From the NCBI GenBank assembly GCA_012295275.1, contig CM022673.1, positions 10,416,001 through 10,480,000 on the forward strand: DNA of 64,000 nt, read 5' to 3'. Below the pieces are notes generated by a model that saw only the letters and a list, made by a program, of their open reading frames with translations, searched no databases and was not told the DNA's origin. The translations under genes were made by a program, and so were the position numbers. This stretch comes from Chrysomallon squamiferum (Eukaryota > Animalia > Mollusca). Numbering within the stretch: position 1 is the first letter of the stretch; each line of letters starts with the position of its first letter. Of this stretch, positions 38,597 through 53,800 are shown one piece after another.

Positions 38597-41500
38597 TTTG
38601 TTTTCGGTCTCTTGGTTTTCAAACTTGCATTATTGTCATCTTTCTGTTAATATAAATGTTTGGAAAATCGAAATAAACCAATATTAAAAATATAAATGCC
38701 TTCATTTGATGATTCTGTAACTTGTAATAATTTTGGAATTAAAACAGAATTCCCTGCTGAATGACAACACAAACTGACCAGTACCCCATAACAGCTCAGT
38801 CTATAAAAAACAAAGTTTCGTGTCTGATTAGGGGAAGGTCTTAAAGACTAAAGTCATATGGCTATATATTGAGCTTTGGCCAACAATAGTGAGGTGACTG
38901 AAAATTTAAAATTTTGATATTTTGTTGCAAATGATTTATATATAGAAATATACCTAATCTCACCCATCCAGTGATGCAACATATATCAATTTTAAGGTGT
39001 ATTTAGAACATATCACTGGAACTAAATGTGAATGCAAAACAAAGCTTGAGGAGTCAGGAGAATGAAAATGTCACATACATGAAAAAATAAATGTCTTGAG
39101 TCCAAGAGAGTCCAATAATTTGTAACAGAAGTAATCTTCAACTGGACAATCTGAAATGAAAATGTCATTCATTTATTAACAATTACATTAAAGCATTCCA
39201 AACTCTTTTGACCTTCAACCCTTCATGTAAAAGGACATTCAACAGTAAAAGGCATCAACAATACCAAAGTATCTGTTTTGCCAATTGCAAGGGAAAATAA
39301 ATCAGAATTTGGTGAATATATTATTTCAAACCTTGAAACCTTGTCAGTCATAAAAGTGGCTTCCCAAGAATTGTTGGTGTCACAAAAGTACATTAACATC
39401 ACAGCCCCAGATAAAAATAATGTAAATTTCCTTTCAGTTATTTTTCAGTTTAATCATCCTAACAGAAAGAATATTCAAATTCTTGAAAATCTGATTGTTT
39501 GGTTATTTTTTATTATTTTAACATTTTGCCCTTAGTTTTTAGACAATCCTCAAAACATGATGTGGCAGATGAGTGACAGCCCAAACTGCTGATAGCTTTA
39601 GTCTACCCTGTAATCAAAGTAATTCATCAGAGCTGTTAAGGTCAACTCACAGCAGAAGGTTTGGATGTAAAGTTAATATCACAGTAAAAATTGCCATGTT
39701 AGTATTTTTCTTGACTGAAGTAACAGAGCCTTCTTGTGGCTTTTCCATAAAGATTAAAAAATAAAACAAACACATATTACAATTTAACATACATTTTATT
39801 TACATGACTGAGACAGGCATATTGAAAGCATGCACTGAAAAAACTAAAATTTTCAAAATATTTAAATAAAAATGTACCAGTCTCTGAAGACTCATTATAA
39901 AATTTTTGACAGATTGTAGAAAAACAGAAATAAAAATATTGACATTCACTCAGTTTAAAAAATCAGTCAAAGCTCACAATTAGTTTTTTTGTTTGTTCAT
40001 ATTCTTATTATATGTTATCATTTATTTAACATAAAAAGGTAAATAAATTTTAAAACAATTAAAAACATACTTAAAATGATATAAAAAATGCTGAACTGTT
40101 TTTCAATGCTGTTGATTCTGTTTCTGTATTATTTTTTCTCAATTATTGATTTCCAAATGCTGATAGTATCAATTTATTCTGCATAATTTAAAAAATTCCT
40201 AATTTTCCTAATGCTTTTATTATATAAAAAAATAATCCAATGTTTTTGGTGTTAATTTATCATATACATGTATTGAAATTTTAAAATTTTCCAATGTTGC
40301 TGGTGCAAATTTATGATTACAATTTTATGTTAAGAAATTCTTATAAAATGAGTGTGTAAGAGACTGCTGATAATTGAAGGAAGAACATTTTTTTTACCTT
40401 ATATAAGATAAACAGTTAGATAAACAATTAGAGTATATTTTATGCTTCCAAAGAGCACAAACATTAGTAGGTCTAACTGACCCTAAAATCCAGCAGTGTT
40501 CACATTTTACAAAAACCTCTGTCTCAGAGGCTTTTTAAAAAAATGGAATCTTATATGGTGATATACACTGTTTTAGTTCAAACTGATAGCAAAAAAACAT
40601 CTCTTACTTCAAGATTTAGCTGCAGTGAAATGCTTTTAGCACAGAAATTACTATGCTTGTCAGTGCTATACATTATGCTTTAAATAGGAATATTGGGAAA
40701 AAATGTATTTAGCTAATATTAGTAGATCATTTGTCTTTGTCCAGATTTATATACAGAAATATTAATAATAATGATGATGATGGTGATTATGATAATGATA
40801 ACTGTAACAGTAACTATAATAATAATAATAATAATAAAATGTATTATTACTAAATTTGTTCTTAACAAAGTTTCTTTTTATTGTAACTATGTATTTGATA
40901 AACAAAACAATCTGTGTAACTTAACTATAATTTATTTTGAGATAAAAATACATCAGCAGCAGATGAAATTTTAACTTGTAGCCAATTTACAACTTTTTTT
41001 TATAATTTTGTCTCAATTTAAAATAAAAAAGATAAAACCTTAAAATTTTAATTATTCATGATAAACTTATTTGAACATTAAAAAGACTAAAATAATAACA
41101 TTTATAAATATTAAAAAATTAAAAACTGCAGATTTAAGAAAATTACAGGTGTAGAAAAAGCAGATATTTTAAAATTTAATAAATTAAAAACATACTTTGT
41201 TCCCGTGGTGTGTGTATATAAATATATATATATATATATAAGTTAAACACATCACTGATTCTAACTGTGCACATTACTATTCATGATAAACAAACTTACA
41301 GTACAATATGTACAACTTACACACAGCCATCTTCCTATTATTTTGGAAATTATGTTTATTATTATTTTTAAAAAGGGAAGACAAGAAATAAATAAAAAAA
41401 AATAATTGGAAATATACAATAAAACACTTTGGTAACATGAAAGCATTTATTATAAATTAATTTTTGTTTTTCTAAATTAATTTTATTGGTATGATTTTTT

Positions 41501-42744
41501 AAAACACCAAGAATATAAAATTCTGGGAAAAAAAATATGAACAAAAATGCATAATAAAAGAAACTTGATTAATATACTAATCTGCTAGGAGGGAAACAAT
41601 AAACGTTACTTATTTATTAAGTGCAATATCTTGTCTAAATTTCACATTACATATTCATAAAATGATGTAAAGCTTTATAGTTATATGCTAAATAGATATT
41701 AAGTTTTTAATTTTATGTTATAAAAAAAAAAAATAATAATAAAAAAAAAATCTTAACTAGAGACAAAAGATGTATCATCTCAAAACTATCAAATTTGTAG
41801 TTAGTACCTTCCAATTCTGATAGAAAAAAAAGATTATCTCACTAATGGATTTACATTATAAACCATAAATCAATATAGAATTTACTAATAATGGTCAGAG
41901 ACAATAACAAGTACATTTTTTCAGTCTTCTTGGTAATGCTGTGATGTACAGCAACATGATAAGGCACAGCTGGTTCACAAAACAGTCACGTTGTTGTAAA
42001 ATAGTTTATATTTGTTGACAAACTACAGTATTTAATATACAGAAATGCAGCAGGTAAGTTGTGTAAAAAAGTGTATAAAAATAATTTTCTGCTCAAAAAT
42101 CTCACGAGGATTTTTAAAAGAATTGTTAAGATTTTTTTTTAAGGCAAGATAAGTGTCACAACCTGTGGAAAAACGGTAGTTTAAATTTTTATTTTCAAAA
42201 ATGTGAGCAAATTGTTAGTTAAATCATAAACAGCAGAAATATGTTAATAAATTTTGTTTGTTATTAATTTTAAAATGTCAAGAAATTATCATTGTTAGCA
42301 ACAAATTAAGTATTTTGCTTTTAAATTTGAAAATTATTAAAATACTCATTTAAAAAAAATTTGATTTTTTTTTACATGATTTTGTTTTAAACCTTAAAAG
42401 AATTAAGGAAATATATAAGGATAGTTAAATAATTAAAACAATATATTTCCTTTTTGAAAAGCAATACTAAGTATGCAGAAATAAACTATATTTTTAGTTA
42501 AATTGTAAAGTGAAAGCATTCAAACACATGTAGTACTATTAAGAAATCTTTTTTCCCCTATTATCAGAAAATAATAAATAAAAAAATAAAAATAATTAAA
42601 GACACAAAAGTAGTTTAATTTTCAAATATACAGTAATCATTATAATTGGCAGCAGTGATTTGATGCAAGGCTATTTCAAAAATACATTTGATATAAAATT
42701 ATTGTAAAAATATTAACTGTACACTTTAAATTTCTTTACAATCA

Positions 42745-42784
<40 letters not shown>

Positions 42785-43226
42785 AAATAAAAATAATAAT
42801 AATGATGAAAAAAAGAGAATTTTTTTTTTTTCACTTTGTATCTGATAGGAAGCCCTGTGTTGTATATGGAGAAAATATATTTACATAAACCACAACATCC
42901 ACACAAGAAACATATCTACCTGTCATTGGTAGATATAAATCATTATGAATCTACATTGCATACAACAATGATCTTTCAAATCATTATAGACAAAATATTG
43001 TTGGAAGAATATAAATATTGCATTATATATTATATACAGTGTTAAGTTAATTTATCTGATTTTAGTATATTTAATTTATTTCTTTCAAGGTATAAATGCA
43101 TTTTTAATATTAATTTATTAATTGTTTATGTTTAACTAAGCGTTAGTGTGTTTAATGTAGATTTTAGGCTTTAAACATTTTTTCTTTTTTTTACTTCATA
43201 TAAAGCCTTAGATAATTTTCTAACAA

Positions 43227-43278
<52 letters not shown>

Positions 43279-44194
43279 TGTTAGGTTTATTTTCATTATG
43301 GTATAATTATTTTGGTGCAGTTAAACTGCATCTAGTCATTATATTAGACATTTAATGCACTTCATTTTGCTTTCGGTAAATAAATATATATATACTGTCA
43401 GTGTCTGCAACATCTCTTTGTGGAAGGATATCCTTTCATAAACTTTTCTTCATAAGAATACCAAAAATATGTATTTTAAAATATTGAACTGTCTGTCCAT
43501 TTTTATTTTTAAACTTTATTAAAGCAATTGATTTTTGTTCTCTTCATTTTATTATTTACAGTATGAAAGGTGATTTATATACAAAATTTTACAATTTGTC
43601 TATGATATAAAAATAATGACCTCACAGATATATATATAACGTTCAGTGATTTATCCCATTCTAACTCAAAATGAACTGGATTCACTAATATGTAAGACTA
43701 GGCCCCACAGGCTAAAATTGGTTTTCTAAAAGCAAATATAATTTTTAAATGAAATTTTGTTGTGATAAATGTCTAATCTGTGATAAATGTCTAAAAAAAA
43801 ATAAAAAAAAAAAAAAAATTAAAAAAATTAAAAAATAAATATATTAAAATGAAAAATTAATATTATCAGAAAAGTATGGGCTCTTTAATTAGTTAAAAAT
43901 TTATTTGAAAATAAAATGTTTTAAAAATAAAATACTGATTAAGTAGAACAAAGAGAAAACAGGAAACAGTAATTCTACCTTCCTGAGAAAATTAACAAAC
44001 ACAAACAAAACCAATTTTAAAAATTCTCCCTTAATTCAAATTCTGTTTCATAAAAATAAAATAGTCAACGTAGTTCTTCTGTTTTTGTCATCTCCACAAA
44101 TCGTAATTTTAAGTTTGAAATTTTCCATTCACACTTCAGTTCACCGAGTTATCTCCCTTGAAACATTCACAGAACTTTGAGTGATTTGGTGATG

Positions 44195-44248
44195 TCAGAC
44201 ATTAGATGTTTGACAACTGTCTAGAAATCTTTCTTGTGCCAGCATATT
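44195..44248 (-). CDS. PPFIBP1: Liprin-beta last coding exon (NMLAQERFLDSCQTSNV*)
   Basis: gacag acceptor, TGA stop; SNV terminus as in vertebrate liprin-beta1. Confidence 0.88.
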   Translation of the reverse strand, partial: NMLAQERFLDSCQTSNV

Positions 44249-46740
44249 CTGTCATAAAAAAATAAAATATTAAAATAAAAATATGTCTGTCTGTGTGTGG
44301 GTTTGTGTGTTTATGGCTTATTTCGTAACTTGAACAATTGTGAAGTATATTTCAAAGGGACAATATCTTTTTGAAAAATGACTGGTTAGCAAACAGTGTA
44401 TTTTGATTACGAATTGCTTCTTGCTCTTTTATCTGATTAAAGACAAAAGCATTCTGACTTAATAAATTTATAAATTTAAAAAATATATCCTACGACAAAC
44501 AATGTTAATATATATATATTAAGAAAAATCTCAACAACTGAATATTAAATAAATTTAAGACCAATATTAAAAGTTAAAATTCAGATGAAATACAAATGAA
44601 ATAATATTGTTTGTAGATATTATAAATGTATGCACTCATAAAGACAGACATTTGTTTTAAATTTATTTAGTTTAATGATAAAATTAAAGTTATCAATAAA
44701 CTATCTTTCACTTACTGTTAATGAATTTATTTCCTTTGAAAAGGCACCAATCTCCTTTGCACCAACTTGACCTCTCTAAAGGGGAAAAAAAAAATGAAAA
44801 TAAATAAATAAAAATTCTAATACAACAACAATGAAAAGTCTGAATAACACTAAAACTTTGTGTCAAATGATTATTATACCTGTTTTCTTTTTATTTATGT
44901 TTAAAATTTACCAGCATGTTTTATTAACCCTAGAAAGTGCTGAATTTCAATTTCCTTTTCGTTAATGTTTAAAGTTGATCAATTAATACCTGAAAATCAT
45001 TTTTAACTTGGGAATAACATGCAGTGACATGGTCAGCCTGTTATGTAAAATAGCAAAACTGTGTGTTTGTAGAAAAACTGGACAACAGTGACATTGTGGT
45101 GTTTTGATTTACCTTTGGGTCATGTTTTCCATTAGCTGTTACACCATTGCCGTTAACATGACAGTCCTTACTGGAAGACAAAACATCAAGAGGACAGATG
45201 AAGCCATCTGCCTCTGTCTCAGATTTACTACGTTTGTGTCCGAAAATTCCAAATTTTCCTCTCTGAAAAAAAAATAAATAAATAAAATAATGAAATGAAA
45301 TAAAGGAATGAAATAAAGGAATGAAATGAAATGAAATGAAAATAAAAATGAATTTAAAAGTAATAATAACAGTAAGTTAATAAATATTTAAATACAAGGA
45401 CATAACACCATCCTGGATATTTTTAAAATGAATACTTTGTAAGGTGATACTGTCAATGAGATTATTTAATATATATTTCTATATTTTTTAAACTGAACCT
45501 TTATTTTGCTGTTTGGCAACAAGGGAACGTAGGTTGGGGAAGCCTCAAACTCTCTCTTTCTCTGTTGTGTTTCCTGACCAATGAGGCCGACAAAGTGTGT
45601 GCTGAGGTGTCGTCGTAGCAACGTCTTGTTGGATGGGATGGACAACAACTGTGCAAACAGTTCTGCATTGAACCTGTGTTCTAGCACCTGAAAATGATTT
45701 TTTTTTTTTTAAATTCAGTTTAAATGTGGATTTATTTTTAAAAAGATGTAATTTAAACACTTTTTAAAAAAAATATTAAACTGATGAACAGGTTGTTTCA
45801 TATAAAGCCTATTATTTATGTATGTGCACCAAACTGCATCGATGTTTTATGTAGCATAATATAACAAATAATTTTAATATCAAAAATTTCTACAATACAA
45901 TGATTCAACAAACTAAGATCTTGTTATTATTAAACTATTTTCAAGAACAATAAAGTTACATTTCATACTATATTTTCTCACTCTTGTAATCCAAATAGAA
46001 AGAGATACTAATAAATATATTATCTCAAATACACACCAGACACAGCTTCACAAAAGAAAGTCTCACCCACACCCATTCATGCACATCGTCATCTACATCC
46101 CCTAACACTGACACACAGACACACCCACACAACACACAAACCCAAACACACATACACATATACCCACTCCTCCCAGAACACATCTATCTACAGCCATCCA
46201 ACCAACTCATACATGAACACACACACAACCACCCACACACACACACACACACACAGTATTTATCACATACCATCAGTGCCCCATGAACTCCACTGCCTCT
46301 CAAGTTGGGTGCATACTCTGACAGATCAATAGTTCTCAACCATTCCATGACCCGATGGTTTGTCCACAACACAACACTGCCTGGAATATTCTGCAGAGAC
46401 CCCTAGGGGAAATAATCAGTTAATAATTATCTACGGTTTTTGGTTGTAAAAATTAAAAATTTAAATAATTGGCTTATTAATATTTAAAGAATTACCTTAA
46501 TTTAATATTATTTTAATCTGAATATATGAATAAATCAATAATTTTCTTGATAACATCTCAAACAACTTTTTTTTATTAAATTATTAAACATATTTTAATA
46601 TTTTAATGATTAGAATGCAAAGGTAAGTGTGTGAATACTTTTTTAATAATTTTTTTTAATTCTTTATCCAGAAATAGGAATGCATATATCACAGCATTAT
46701 ACTGATAAACTATTGAATTTAGTCATTGTCAGTAACTAAA

Positions 46741-46801
<61 letters not shown>

Positions 46802-47246
46802 ATAAACATAAAACAAAAATAATTAAGTAATAGTAATAATAATAATATTAATTTTGATTGTAATAGTAGTTATAGCAGTAACAACAACAACAACATCTAA
46901 AGCAATAAAATCACTAACAAATTTTGCCAGTTTTAACAGTAACTTTCTATTATGACAATCAGTGTTGTGGGCTACAGACCCAGTGCCTGTTCTAACTATT
47001 GGACTGCTCGTTTAACCTGAGTGCACTCACCTCTTCTGGCGACGGTCTTCGTTTGAGGCACTGAGGGTTAAAGCCGTTAACTCTTAATACTTGTATCCCT
47101 CGCTTCAAACTGATGTGATGTAGTTCATTTGTCACACGCAGAGAGAGCAGATCTTCCTGTTAAAGAAATGTTTTGAGGAAATATAAGCTGATACTTCTAA
47201 AAAAATAATTTTCTGGTTTCTTTTAGCTGTCTACTTCTTCTTTTTG

Positions 47247-47279
<33 letters not shown>

Positions 47280-50200
47280 GTATTAATAGTAATAGCTGTA
47301 ATATTAATATTAGCATGAGTACTAATAACAATAATATAAATAATGATGATGATGGTGGTAATAGCAGTAGTAATAGTAGAAGCAGTAGAAGAGTAGTGTT
47401 AGTAATAATAAAAATGAGGATGATAATGATGATGATGATAACAGTTATACAATAGCAATAATAACAAATAGAAACACAAAACTTTTGATAAACAGTTAAA
47501 AAATGTCCAAAAATAACCCCACATTACTAATAAAGCATACTTAAATCCCTAAAAATGCAACCTTGAACAATGAATAATAAAGTAAACCAAGGTCCAATTA
47601 TTCGTTTATTATTATTTATTTGGTAAATCTGAATTTTTCCAAAATTCTCATTTTTTTAATTGTTATTTATTAAAAAAAACAAAAAAAAACATTGTTATCA
47701 CTAGATGTTTAACTTTTGAAGCAATAACCAGTAAATATAAGATGAAGTAATAAACGTACCACTGTCATAAAATGAAGCATCCGTCCATCCACTCTAGCAT
47801 CATAGAATGCATCCTTGTACTGAGGAAGCCCAATATCATCAAGCCATCCTGTAAATAACAAGTTTTTAAATTAATCTTTATTTTCTGTACTTGTGATTTC
47901 GAGAAAACAAGAAATATAAATTTTATTATTAACAGTCAACTAATTTTTATTTTTCTTTTTATTTTCTGTACTTGTGATTTCCTGAAAACAAGAAATAAAT
48001 ATTTTGTTATTAACAGTCAATTAATTTTTATTTTCTGTACTTGTGAACAAGAAATAAACATTAGCATATTAACTATCAATTCATAACTATCTTTTGTACT
48101 GGCTAACATTTCAGATTAATCTGTTCATAACTATCTTTTGTACTGGCTATTTCAGAATCTGTTATCGTGTGTTACAAATATTGAAATAAGAACAACTTGC
48201 TTTAAAAAATCAACAACAAAAAAACTATATATATATATATATATAAAATAATATTTACTGTGAAACACTTTCAGATTCTTATTTAGAATATATTCATTCA
48301 CAAAACTACATAATTATTATTACATTTGAATGGATATGTAAATTTTAATATTTGAATATGAAATTTTATATTTCTATCCAATACTCTTCAGTTTTTAAAA
48401 GTACCCAGACAGTGAAAATGTGTGATGTTATTTATGATATCAAACTATTTATTAAAAAGACTCACTGGTCACCCAGTTATGATCCAGCTCTGCAAACCTG
48501 TCTCCTGTTTCTAACCCTATCACTTGTAAAGCAAGCTGCAATTTTTTCCGATGAATAGCATTCTTCATACCTAACTCCTGAAACAGCGAAAGGGTTAAAT
48601 GTGCATTTTGAAACATTTCATTACAGTAAGGCTGACATGGTTAAACAGGCAAAACAAAGGAAGACAATTTTTTAAATTACTGAATTACTGCAAAGTGATT
48701 TATTCAAAAATTAAAAGCAAATATGTCTGTTTTTAAGATAAATTTTAACTGCAAAATTTCAAATAAAACAATATTTGCTTAATGACATCTCAAGGTATTT
48801 TAATATCAACGATAAATTCTTGCCAGGTATATGTTTTAATAATTTATTATATGGATATCTCTTGAGAGAAAGAATTTTGCTGCTATTTAATGGGTTATTG
48901 TTAACAATTTAAACACAAATTATCTTTTGCATTACATGCATCAATAGCCTTAAAATTAGCTAAATGTTATCCTCAGGTTAACTTAAAAATGAAATTATAC
49001 AGAATGAAAATATTGCTCTTTTTTTTACCTTTTCAAGATCCTGAGTTGATGCTCTAAGTAGCTGTTCCCCATTTCTCACCCAGCGCTTGCAGTCAACCAG
49101 GTACATGTTCAGACCAATGGCATTCATCCAGGCTGTCACTCTGTCGCCATCCCATCTAGCAAACGGTATGTCGAGATCACTGGAAAACAAAGAAATGTAG
49201 TTCATATAATATGTAGAATGTGTCAAAAATAATGTTCTACCTTTAATTTGTTTAGTTTGTTTAATTTGGATTAAAATAACAATAATAATTTAAAAAAAAA
49301 AAAATAATAATAATATAAAATATAATAAAAAAGATGAAATAAAATAAAATAAAAATAGAAGAAGAACAAAATAATAAGAAAATAAAATAAATTATTTGTT
49401 CAAATTGTTGTAACTGAACATCCTATTCATATGAACAGAACAGAATGTTTTAAGTTATATTTCGTCTAAAATTAACAAAACACAAGGAACACAATTAACA
49501 AATTCCTTGTGCAGCTAACAGCTTATGTATTTTATCATCATATACTGCCTTTTACTCTTTATACTTCTGATCCTACCAAGACAATTTTCCAATTCATCTA
49601 GTATTGAAAATACTAACCCTTTCGAGATTATCATCAAATACTGGCACATTAGAACACAAGAAAACAGTTGTTAATATTTCTAAAAATTATTAGATTTATT
49701 ATTTTAAAATATTATTTCTGTATTTCTGATTTAAAAAAAGACTATTTCTGTAATACATGATATCAAAAAATTTGTTTCTACATTTATGATTTTAAAAAAA
49801 GAGTATTTCTGTAATTATGATTTCAATAAATATACTTCTATATAATAAAACCCCAACCAAACCTGCACCAAGCTGGTTAATGTTTTTAAAAAGATTTTAT
49901 CTGAACTCAACTCACCCTCCACCTTTGACATCTCGGGACCAGCCTAACCTAGCCGTAGCTGTAGCTCTCACCCCACCCCTCCTGAACTCTTCCGGTCGGT
50001 CTCCGTCAAAATCCTGTGAACTGCTTCTTTTTAATCTGATGTAAGAAATAAAGTAAATATCTATGTATTAATGTAATTCAATAGGATTTGTAAAGTACCT
50101 CGCTTTTTTAATTCAGATTAAAAGTATTAAGTAACTTGTGTGTGTGTGTATCACTCAGATACAGGTATGTTATATATGCTGAGCTTATTTACCATATTTA

Positions 50201-50500
50201 TTTAGAGATAAACTCGTACATGTTCAGTTCAGTTCAATGTTCAGTATGAAATTGGGACCAACTTCATGAACAAGCCCAAAATCATATATTCTGTTTATAT
50301 TTACTTTTATTAGTTTTTCATTATAAAGCATATGAGGCATATTACAGAATGCAGATTCACCAATGGTATACAAATTTTCACCCTTTACTAAGTAAACCCA
50401 AAAAAATAATCAGTTTAGATTTATTCCTATATTACTTTAAATGTACTATATGCTGTTATTCCTGATCAAATAAAATATATATGTATATATTCAGTTATAC

Positions 50501-50538
<38 letters not shown>

Positions 50539-50775
50539 AAACCCACCAGCTTTTGTACTCACTTGCCAAAAAATCTCTTTATTCCTTTTTTCTTCTTTCC
50601 TTCATGACCAGCACTAGGTTGATGTCCCATGTGTAGCAGCCCATCCTCATCGTCTGTGACAACCTCGGTGTGAGCTGAAAATAGTATTTATAATGAACAG
50701 ATTTCTTCATAGTCCAGGAGCCATGTGCCAGCAATGTTAAAATGTGTTAGGAAAAAAACAAAACAAAACAAAACA

Positions 50776-50806
<31 letters not shown>

Positions 50807-53800
50807 GTAATATAATGTAAAGAGATGAAATGTGATTTATCTGAGGATTTACTGCAGAATGGTTTTAATTCTTACTGAGAGTATTTCAGATTTCACTTTA
50901 TTCATTGTTGTAATTGTTTTAAATAATGTAAAGACTCATAATTTATTACATAATTAATAATTTGTTATGTGATGTATGTTTTTATATGTGCATGCATTTA
51001 TTTATGTATGTGCTTATGTGTATATGTTATATATATATATATATATATTTATAAATAAAAAACTATGGAAATATTCTTTTTTTTAAATTGTAAATATAGA
51101 AACAAAGATATATGTATATATATATATGTACATACATATGGTTGGTTAAAATGATTTCATCTCCTAACTGTAAAAAATGTCATCTTATACCATTCTGCAT
51201 TAAATCCTCAAGTCAAAAGTTAAGACATACGCATCTGTATTTTTTTGGATGAGTTAATATTTTAAACATTATTTTTATTACATAGGAATTTAAAGAATAT
51301 TATAATTTTTTTGATCAATAATAATGGTATCTTAAATATATTTTTTCTGACAGTCAGTATATGTTTTCAGATTTTCAATACACTATATCAAACTTACCTT
51401 ATCCATTCTAATTTAGAAATACAACATTGTTTATAAATAAATAAAAACATTTTTTTGTTGTTGTTGTTGCATATTTAAAATTATATGCAAAGAAAATTAA
51501 CGTATCATTTACAATTATTTATAACTTTTATAATTTTTTTCAATTTAATTACTATAATACAATTCAAAATTTAAAAATTTCAATCTAGAGTGCAAATGCT
51601 GATGATATATTGCTTTAGAAATGATATATTATGTCCTTTGTGATATATTTATATATATTGTGAAATAGTTATACATTTTGTGAAATAATTAAATACATTG
51701 TGCACTTCTAAAAGATATTTAAATTTGTTGTGTTTATTATTTACCACACAATATAAAATTTTAGTTAGTTGAAAAGGAAATATGCAGGTTATTTAACAAA
51801 TGGGGTGAATAAGAGAGAGAGAGAGAGAGAGAGACTCACATTTCTATCTCTACTTTATAAGCTCGTGGTGAAATAATTTAATAAAAACATCTTAGCATAA
51901 AGAAAACATAGGTTAATAGGTTTATCCAAATTGTTATATTAGAAATAAAAATCTAAAGAGAAATGAATCGAAACACAATCCAAAATTTTACACTTTCTAT
52001 GTTGAAATAGAATTGGTTTCAAGTGAAACAAAAAATTTGCATACACAGAAAATAGTTTAAAATATAAAAAAATGCAATAACATGATTTAAATAAATAAAA
52101 ATGATGGATGAATCTGAACTGAACTTGTTAAATAATGAAAGTGATGACAACCATGAATAAATTTAAACCAAGCTGTAGTCGGTAACTTTTTCATAAATCA
52201 TACATTTTTCTTATTTTTTAATTTTTTTTTTTTAAATTAACATTTTTCCAATGTTAAATCCAGTTTCAATTTTCCTCATGTCAAATCACAACGCTTTGTA
52301 AAAATGAACTGTTTTAATCGCAGATGCAAGACTGCAGTTGATCAGAACTGTCTTTCCCCTGGGACAATCTGGACTGCAATGCATTACATAACCTGGACAC
52401 AAACTAATCTAAATGGACACCAAAATGCACACACCTGGAATCACCTAGTAATATGTGTAATAATTTCTTCTCTAGAAATCTGCATAGTATAACTGGGAAA
52501 AATACTAAAATTTAATCCTACAAAGTTCTTCATACAAAAAATATTTAAATATTTAATGCATAGCATATAATTTGTAGTCTTCCATGATGAAAAGTAATAC
52601 TGATAATACATTCTTACTGAAATATCATTAAGAATTCTGCTAAATGCATACATTTGGAAATCTTTAGTGACATTTTTGAATCCATGGGAACAATCTGTTC
52701 CATAAGGTTTTATATTTGATGCTGCCACAAAAAAGTATCTAAGATAAGCACTTTTCATAGCTTTGAAATTTTAAATTCATTCAGAAAATTCATAAAATGG
52801 ATGTAACTTGACTCTTCAAGTCTTCTTGGTATTTTCAGTTCTCTCAGGACAATTTAAGAAAACTAAAATTTATGATATGATAGTAAATTTGGTAGTCTTC
52901 ATTACAAAATAATTTTATTGTAAAATTTTATGGTGGGTGGCATTCCAGAAATATCTGTCATGTAAAACATTTTGAGTTATGTATGACATTTGAATCTCTG
53001 GGATAATATTTATTTAAAACCTTTACAGCATACGGATGGGAGAAATATTTTACTTTTGTTATTCTTATACCCTGTCTTTTAAAAGAAATACAGTCAAAAG
53101 AAAAGAAATTTTCATGCTTCTATGGCAGTTTGCAGCAGGTTATCCTAAGAATACTGTGTTAGATTTCCTTTCTGATTAATCCTTTAGTAAAAATAAAAAA
53201 TAAATAACTTATAAATATATAAATAAAATAAGAAAAAATAATGAAAATATAAAACCTAATAGAAAGAAATAAAAATAAAATATATAAATAAATAAAAAGA
53301 AAAGAAAAAAGATATTAAAATGAAAATTTAAATATAAATTAATGAAAAAAAACACATGAAAATGCAATTTACTGTCAATATGAACAGAAAATCTGAGATA
53401 ACTGAAATTAATAAAATATTTAAAAATAAATTTAAATAATTTCTGTCTTATAATTATTTTTTATTTTTTTTTTTTCCCCAGCTAACACAGTAAACTATAT
53501 GGACATTAAAAAGAGCTTAGGAATAGCCAGTCTCCATGCAGTTTGTTCAAACTCAAATCTCATGTAAATCAAATTTAAAACATTTTAACATGCCATGTTA
53601 AACAGCTTTCCAGTTATTCACTTTTGCATGCTTTAGTCTGATTGGACAGTTATAAAAGCATGCTTAAAAAGCAGAAATCTAATTTGTCAATTTTAAAATG
53701 ACACTAAACTGTCCTTATTTTCATCAAGTACTCATTTTTCAGCATCAGTCTGTGATTTTAACCACTCAAAATGAAGAACATTCTCAAAAACTGAGTACAA

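Noticed and set aside
39278-39764. Two plus-strand ORFs (85 and 63 aa) between ZSWIM2 and liprin-beta
   Set aside because: No recognisable homology or splice structure
51834-51860. Strong GTGAGT donor in the liprin-beta intron after SAPNL, possible microexon
   Set aside because: Available upstream AGs give 4, 8, 10 or 13 nt, none frame-preserving, and there is no pyrimidine tract
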